Positions 56,342 to 64,000 of a stretch of DNA of 64,000 nucleotides are shown here, piece by piece. This DNA is from the human T2T-CHM13v2.0 reference genome, Homo sapiens: the NCBI RefSeq assembly GCF_009914755.1, contig NC_060942.1; one strand, written 5' to 3'. The notes under the pieces were generated by a model that worked only from the letters and a program-made list of their open reading frames with translations, made no database searches and was not told where the DNA came from. The first letter of the stretch is position 1. Every line of letters begins with the position of its first letter. The position numbers and the translations under genes were made by a program.

Positions 56342-58276
56342 TGTAACTTGAATATTGGGTTAAAGAGTTTTAGAGCCATTATCTTTTTCTTTACCTGGAA
56401 GGCTAAAAAAGTTGGATACTTTTTATTGTTTTCTTTAAAACTCATTGCATAGATACAGGAAAAGCAGCATGAATAAAGCAATAAGGAGACAAATATGTGG
56501 ATGAATAGTCAAACAGATGTACATATCTACAAAATATTGGCCTATCTACAGCAAACATATTGACAGTGTATATTAGCTCTGCAATTACCAGTATGTCCCA
56601 CGTTTGTTTATATTAATGATTCTAAATTTTTCATTTAAATGATTATACTATATTATGTATCTTAACTACTGTTTTCTCTTAGCAGTATCTTGCCTTATTC
56701 TAGGTAACAATCTTACTGAATCTACTCATTAATATACTTCAACATATTGATATCTATATGCCTTTTTCCTTTTAATTAGTGAAAACCTATCATATGCTCA
56801 TCAGGGCTTTCAGTGTAAAAGTTGTCAAATTTAATGCAAACAATTATCTCCATTTCTTTTTCAGGTCCACTGAAATGTTTTTTAATGAAAATTAGAATAT
56901 GTGGGGGAAAAGTGAGCCAGCAGTATACTAGAAAGCTTTAGAGAATATTGCAAATAATTTTGATAAATTGGGAATAAATAATTAAATTGGAATCAATTAT
57001 ATATGAGATCAATTATAGCAATAATTGGGAATAAATAATTGGGAATATAGCGAATAATTGGGAAGAGAAAACATGATGGAGAAAGCCTCAGCTTTAAACA
57101 CTAAATGAAAGATCTTTCTTTCTCAAAATAACCAAGGATTAGCTCAGAATTTCAGCAACCAAACTGTTCTATTGTTTCATGCTCAGTAACCTACAGAGCC
57201 ATACATTACTGACACATACTCTCCATATGAACAAAGCCCCTCACCCATAAAAAAATCACAACTCTCATAATTGAAGGTCTGTGAGAAAAACAATACAATA
57301 CCTCTATTAATCATCCTAATCTTTCATTCAGTAAATATAAACTGATATCTAAATATCACCACATATTGGAGGAAAACCAATAGCATCCATAGCAAGAATC
57401 AAAATAAATAAACCAAAAAATTAGCCCCATAGGAAACAAATAATTTAGGAACCAAAATGAAGGCTAAAAATATTCCAATTAGTTCCCTCAGAGAAGGTGA
57501 AGATGATATTGCATCCATAAAACAAGAATGACCTATTAAAAAAAAAGAAACACCAGAGAATAAGTTTGTAGAAAATAAATTTTAATTGTGATTACAAAAG
57601 AAAGAAATCAATGCATTTAATAAGAAAATAATCAAGCAAGACCAAACTTAGTATTGGAAAGTTTACGTTTTAAAAAATCCAATGTTATTTATTTCCAATA
57701 TTTAATTCCAATATTTATTTATTTATAAAGTTACAATATGCAGGTACAATTCCTGAGTGCCAGTGTTAATCTAATAAGCATTTCAGGAATGGTTAATGGA
57801 GGAAAGAAAGTAATCAAGGAAATAATAGAAATAATAGAAAAAAATGTATATTGAAAGGCCCTATCAGGTGCTGAGCTGGTTATATAGCAGAAAGTCACAT
57901 ATGAATAACACTGGTAAAATTTCAGGGCTTTAAAGATAAAGAAGAAATCAATAAATTTTTCAGAAAAATATAATAATAAGAAATGTACAACAAAAGAAAC
58001 CAAATTGATTTCAGAAAAACTGGATGCTCAAAAACAGAGGAAAATATTACAAAGTTTGAGTGGGAAAATGATTCTAAATAAGAATGTGATGTATAATTAA
58101 TCTATTAATGAAACTTGTATAAAATAAATACATTTTTAACAACCAAAGATAAAAAAGTTGTACAAATCCTTCTTACCCACTATGAGAAATAACACCAGGA
58201 AATTACAAAATAAGAAAAAGAAATGCAAGGGAAAGAGTGCCATAAGAAACGAACAGCCTGAGTATGAAGTAGAAGA

Positions 58277-58558
58277 ATGGTCCTCAACTTTGCACAAACA
58301 TTAGGATCACATCTGGAGCTTTTAAGAGTATTCATGTCCAGTGAGAAGGAGCATCCGGAATTCTGGTAATATTTATTGCTTTGCCAAGGATTATAGGTAT
58401 GCCGATGTATTCACCTTGTAATGTTTAATCACAACAAATATATATGCATAATTTTCACTCCAGACATCAATCAGAACTTCTAGGGGTTGGGTCTAAGAGG
58501 GGGCATTGTTTAAAAGCTCCTTGGGTCACTACGATTTGCATTCAGTATTGAACCACTG
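58277..58558. mobile_element. MER5-like element with an internal L1M-like 3' fragment
   Basis: GGTCCTCAACTT...ATTAGGATCAC at left and AATCAGAACTTCTAGGGGTTGGG...TTAAAAGCTCC...GAACCACTG at right. Confidence 0.55.
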
Positions 58559-58811
58559 CCCCCAAAGAAGCTAAAATGCAAACAAATTAGTACTTTTTGA
58601 ACCCCTGGTGCAGAAGGTTAAGTTAATCACACCCCTTAAATCGTAGCATGTTATAATCCCTTTTGTTTTAGTCATTCATTTATTGATTTTTTAAATTGTC
58701 ATCTCTCACTCCCATTCTCCATTCCTTCCCTGACAGTCATTGTATTGTGTTTAGTGTAAAACTTTTTGTTTATATGTTTTCAAGAAATATGAATTGTTAT
58801 GTATGCTTGTA

Positions 58812-58932
58812 ATTTTATTTATTTTTTAAAATTTGTGTGGGTACATAGGCATATATATTTATGGGGTACATGAGATGTTTTGATACACGCATGCGATGTG
58901 AAATAAGCACATCATGGAGAATAGGTTATCTC
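58812..58932 (-). mobile_element. L1MA 3' terminal fragment
   Basis: GTGGGTACATAG...ATTTATGGGGTACATGAGATGTTTTGATACA...GTGAAATAAGCACATCATGGAGAAT. Confidence 0.8.
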
Positions 58933-60300
58933 ATTTGCTTATAATTTTTTAAATGTATTGTGTTTGATATCTCATTCTGTTACTTCAGACAGCTACTGCC
59001 TGAAATGATAAATTAAGAATATTTAGATAAATATAAAAATATAATGAGTATGGTGGTTAACAACACAATGAGCTATAAAACAAAGTATTTCAAAATACTT
59101 AATTTCAGACACTAGAGCTGAGCAAGGGAGTAAAGTACTTTCATTTTATTAGACACTAATTTTCAAGATGACTTCTCAGAATAATCAATTGCTTTTACTT
59201 TTAGGGGCATGTAGTGCCATTACAGCATAGTTTTTGTAATACATGTTTAATTATTATTCCTCTGGTAAAGTTTTAATTTGCATATGACCTTTTTGCCTTA
59301 TTAACATCATGTTTTGGACTAATTTTTATATTCATGTTTATGCTAGCATAGAATAATTTCAAAGTCCATGGAATGGTCATAGACCTCTATCTTGAATGTG
59401 GGAAACATTCTTAACAAGTGACATTTTTCTTTCATTGCATTACTTTGCTGAAAATATTTAGCTTTCCCACTGACAAATTTGTGATTTCTTGAAAACAGCA
59501 GATTAAAAAGTGGATCTGTCACTGGATAAGTATAACAGTTTATTCTAAAAACAGGCACATATCTATGTGTTGTACATATTCTAATACATACACACTGGAG
59601 AGCATTTAATTGGACATAGCTAAATAGTAATGTATATGTTTTAAAAAGGCAAAAGAATAACATATACAGAAATATATGATTTTTTTTGTTATCTATAATA
59701 TCCTGATCTCTTAGGAACATATGTGGAATGATTAGATAAACTCTCATTCCATGGATGCTGGGAGAAGAACAGCTTCCATCTTCCATTGAGTGAGACAGCT
59801 ACTTACCCAGGGCTGCCTTAGGAGTCAGTCAAGATGGTCACAGACAATGAACACCAAGCCAAACCCCCAACAAAAGGAAAAGCATTGTATATGTTCATTC
59901 TAATGAGAGTTTTCCATTGAAATACTATATAATTGAAGTTGGAATTGTCAAGACCACATCGTGATATGATATAAAAGATTAAGTACAGAAAAATTTTCAC
60001 AATGTAGAACAAAAATGTACACAAGTGTATTTGTTTCCAAACATAGGACTTTAAATCAATGAAAATTAGATCTTAATCTCATTTGTTGATTACTGAGTAA
60101 GTTTGAACAGTTACTGTTGATGAAGAGATGAAGAAGTTGTGCATTTTTGGAAGATGTATTACTTTTTCAATGAAAAAGTGAATTAACCTAATCTATATTC
60201 AAAAGGTCAGTTACAAGCCAATAAATAGACACATAAGGCAGGATGCATTTAAAAGAGAAATTTGGAGGAAGGTTGAATCTGATGATCCTATTACAAACTG

Positions 60301-60303
<3 letters not shown>

Positions 60304-60375
<72 letters not shown>
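60304..60375. repeat. (GT)n(AT)n microsatellite
   Basis: Direct reading. Confidence 0.95.
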
Positions 60376-60381
<6 letters not shown>

Positions 60382-60488
60382 TAGTGCCATTATGGCATAG
60401 TTTATGTAATACATGTTTAATTATTATTCCTCTGGTAAAGTTTTAATTTGCATATGACTTTTTTGCCTTATTAACATCATGTTTTGGA
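60376..60488 (+). repeat. 113-bp local direct duplication of 59206-59318
   Basis: Ungapped alignment at offset 1170 with 4 mismatches. Confidence 0.95.
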
Positions 60489-60684
60489 TACAGGCATGTG
60501 ATGTGAAATAAGCACATTACATATATATATATCTGTAATGATATATATATCTCTGTAATGATATATATATCTCATTACACAGAATGAAAGAACAAACAGT
60601 ATAGACACACACACACAAATGTATGTATGTATACACATACTGATTTAATCTATTTAATAAACTTGAAAGATAAATAGCACTAGA

Positions 60685-60800
60685 GTTATTATTTCCATGT
60701 GGCAGTTGAAAAAATTAAGAGGAGTAGAAGAAATCAAATGACTTGCCCAAGGTGCTAGAGCTAGAAGCAGTACTGGGCATACAGCCAGGTCATCAAATTT
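60685..60800. mobile_element. MIR fragment
   Basis: AAATGACTTGCCCAAGGT core motif. Confidence 0.6.
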
Positions 60801-60941
60801 AATGTTATTCTGCTTTATATTTTATCTTGTGACTTCAAACAACCACAAGTAGCTGCTGTTTCATGTTCATTTTTGAAGTAGTTTCTAGTTCTCTTTTTAG
60901 CAACATCATCATGCTTGATGCCTTGATTACAATACCCGCAC

Positions 60942-61433
60942 TGCAGAATAATAGCCCCAAGAATGTCCACATTTTAATCCCTAGAACTTGTGAATATGTT
61001 AAGGCTGCATGACAAAGAGAAATTAAGATTGCTAATCAATTGACCTTGAAATAGATGGTCCTGAATTAACTGGATGAGCCCAATGAAATCATGAGGGTCC
61101 TTGAAATTAGAAAAGGAAGGCAGAAAAAGACATTCAGTAGAAGACGTAAGTGTGGAATAATGGTCAGAGAGATGCTATATTGCTAGCTTTGAAGATGATG
61201 GAAGGGATCCACGATCCAAGGAATGTGGGCAGTCTCTAAAAGCCAGAAAAGGCAAGGAAACAGATTTTCTCTAGCGTCTGCAAAAGAGAACATAGCCCTG
61301 CCAATATCTTGATTTTAGCCCAGTAAAACTTGTGTCAGACTTTAGTCCAAAAGAACTAAAGAGAATGAATTGGTGTTGATAAAGTTGCTAAGTTTACGGC
61401 AATTAGTTACAGCACCAATAGAAAATTAATACA
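60942..61433 (+). mobile_element. MLT1D-type MaLR solo LTR
   Basis: GCAGAATAATAGCCCCAAGAATGTCCAC...GAAAAGGCAAGGAAACAGATTTTCTCTAG...GTTACAGCACCAATAGAAAATTAATACA. Confidence 0.85.
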
Positions 61434-61879
61434 TGTTCCTTATCATCTCATAATACATACACCTTATCAGTTCACAATGGCAAATGCATATTTCTTGCTT
61501 AAATCACCTGAGGTCTGCAAGTCAGCTGTGGCTTTAACAGGTTCTGCTCAGTTCTGTGCTCTGAGTTTTCTTTCTGGAAAGCACTTTGAAGAAATAACTA
61601 CTGTCTGGGTCATGCTGTTCTCGATTAAGGGAAGCCACCAAAGATCCAAAGCCAAGCTAATGCTAAGATTTTGCTCAGATGTATTTGTCAAATTGAACAG
61701 AGCCTTTTGAAGAATTGTAAATAATTCTTAGTTGATCCTTCCTTCAATCCCCTCCCTACTATGCTACGTACCCATTTATACCCATTACTAGATCATGGGC
61801 TCCTACAGGTCCAAACCTATCCAACTAAAAATGCAAACGTGTTTCCTGGGAAGAATGCTACTTAACTCCACAAACAAAT

Positions 61880-63040
61880 CCACCAATTTGACACTTGTTA
61901 AGCTTACGTTCTACTCAAAGCAATGTGCAGGTAGCAGGGGATACAAAGCAGAAAAAGATGCAGTTTCTGTTTCTAGGCAGCTCACATTCTTAGAATGGAG
62001 ATATCTACATAAACAAACATGAAGTGAAGCACTAAGTGCTTTGTGCTGGTTCCAAGCTGGTCCACCTTCAGATTCATGCCTCCTCCTAGCTCTGTTCAAC
62101 CCTGGAACACAGGAAGCCAAACCCTGAAGGCAGTGTTTCTCAGGATACTCTGTCAGCTGGCTTCCTGCTAGATTCAGCCAAAGGAGATGCTAGCTAAAGA
62201 TTGGAGGACATAAAATAAAGGTGAATAAATTAGTACCTATTTTGTTCTTATCCTCACTTTTCCTCTTAATCTTGAGAGGTTATTTTCAGAGTGAATGGCC
62301 ATAGAAAAGAGTATCTGGAGCAATGCAGTTCTGATGGATTAGCATGAAATTAAAAATAGGAAAGAAAGGAAAAATGGATGTACGTAGGTATCTACATAAA
62401 ACATAGCCATGGGAGGTGCATGCATCTGTACTTATTTGAGGGTCACTTAATTAACTGAAAGAAAACCATTAGAAACACTGCAAAATTCTACATATGCACA
62501 ATTCTGTAAATATACTAATAGGCGAAGGATATCAGAAATGTACCAAATATGAAATCCTTGTTGTGCACTATATATTATTTGAGGGAAGAGAGTTGATTTG
62601 GTACAAAATGAGCTTAAGCCTTATGCTTAACCTCCTGGCTGGGCTCTTAAACAGAGCAGACCAAACTCTGAAGAAGCTCTTTTCTGCCTCACCCAGAGGT
62701 TGTTCCCATAGAGACCACTGGAAGGCAACGGAGTGAGCTGACACAGATGGTTGTGCGCCTATCCTGTCTGGTTAAATCCCTAGCTTCACCAAGTAGTAAA
62801 AATGACTCCAGAAAAATCTTACATTCATCCATTGTTTTTTAACATCTACAATGTGCCAAATACTGTGCCAGGGATCGGGGTTATAAGGATGAACAAGTTA
62901 GGCATGGTCCCAACTTACAGTTCAGTGAAGTAACTGAAGAGTGGGGAAATTTTGGTTTATGACATTGCCAAAAGTCACACAGCTGGTAACGGGGTAGCCA
63001 AGGTTCATGCCCGCATTTGACTGCCCTTGAAAGTCCTTTC
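61880..63040. mobile_element. Scattered L2/MIR and ERVL (LTR33-like, ~62060-62210) fragments
   Basis: L2 3'-like CATTCATCCATT...CTACAATGTGCCAAATACTGTGCCAGG; MIR-like TTGCCAAAAGTCACACAGCTGGTAA; CAGCTGGCTTCCTGCTAGATTCAGCCAA. Confidence 0.5.
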
Positions 63041-64000
63041 CCTCAACCCCTACCCTATGCTTCCTTCTTTTCCTTTTTCCCTCTGAAATTTTTTCTCCTG
63101 TAAACTTCAGGGCAACAATTTTTATGTTGCAGTTTGTCCCACTGCCTAATGAATGCTTCTTAAAATATAAATGTGAAGGTCCTTGGAATGGTATTAGGTT
63201 GCAATTTTGTCTTACCTGATAAGCAGCGCAGGGCAGGGTCTGCCAAGCCCTGCCTTGACTGAATTAATCAGCCCAAGGCTGTCCCAGGGAAGCCAGCAAT
63301 TCTGCAGTGACTTTCCCCATACAGATGGCCCCTTAGTCAGCTCTGAAAATGCAGAGGGAAGTCTGGCATGGCGTTACAGCAGCAGACTGGGTGGACAAAG
63401 GCCTGGGTGGACACAGATGCCCAAGCAATTGTATTGCATCTATTTCCTGTCATTTAAACCCAGTGTTATTTATTATTCAACTCTGAGTGTATTTTGGAGA
63501 TTCAATTTGTAGGGTGTATGACACACAGAGTAAATTGGTATGTTATCTCAACTCATTTGCTGGAGGACAGGTGTTCACATCACAAGAACCAACAGCCCCA
63601 TCCACAGTAATTGGTGCCTTGGCTGGCAGTCTGAGCCTAGAGGGCAAGGACCAAAAGTGCATGAAGAATGAACCAATAATAATTTCCACACGTGGCATAG
63701 TGTGTTTTACTTGCGGCTCTCAAAGCACATTTTAGGCATTCATTCTCTCTCACTACAATACTGCCCAGGCTTGCTATTACTCTCATGCTACAGCCAGGAA
63801 AACAAAAGCAGAGAGTGGCTGACTCAAGAGCACAGAGGGACACAATGGCAGAACGGGGAATAAAAATTCAGGAGGCCTGATCTCTCATTCTGTCTCCTTG
63901 GAATCTCCCCACATCCATTCTCCTCTCATTTATTATTTAATGTCTTAGGCAGGATATTATTAAGGAACCTGGACTGGTGAATTCAATTTTGTTCAGGTTA

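Noticed and set aside
59343-59786. 147-aa minus-strand ORF
   Set aside because: AT-rich, no recognisable domain or splice context; length is compatible with chance.

Overview
Primate (human-like) genomic DNA. The left end holds the 5' end of NOL4 (nucleolar protein 4) on the minus strand: coding exon 1 (4842-5105, MESERDMYRQ...VKTT, GT donor), an alternative short first coding exon (3872-3913, MADLMQETFLHHAT), and a split CpG-island promoter with paired CCAAT, CRE and NRF1-like motifs. The remaining ~57 kb is upstream intergenic sequence made mostly of nested transposable elements: L2/MIR, several L1 generations, eight Alus, an LTR12C solo LTR, ERV1/MER4-group remnants with an env TM relic, MaLR elements (MLT1, THE1A, an apparently chimeric THE1B/MSTA), MER1A, MER5 and a full-length Tigger4. 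I found no new multi-gene system, CRISPR array or RNA gene. The most notable observations are a complex templated insertion at ~60.4 kb, the chimeric MaLR and its internal hairpin, an intronic promoter-like motif cluster, uORFs in the NOL4 leader, and an inverted repeat around the promoter CRE. Repeat subfamily names are recalled from consensus sequences, not from a database search. Boundaries without a stated TSD are approximate.
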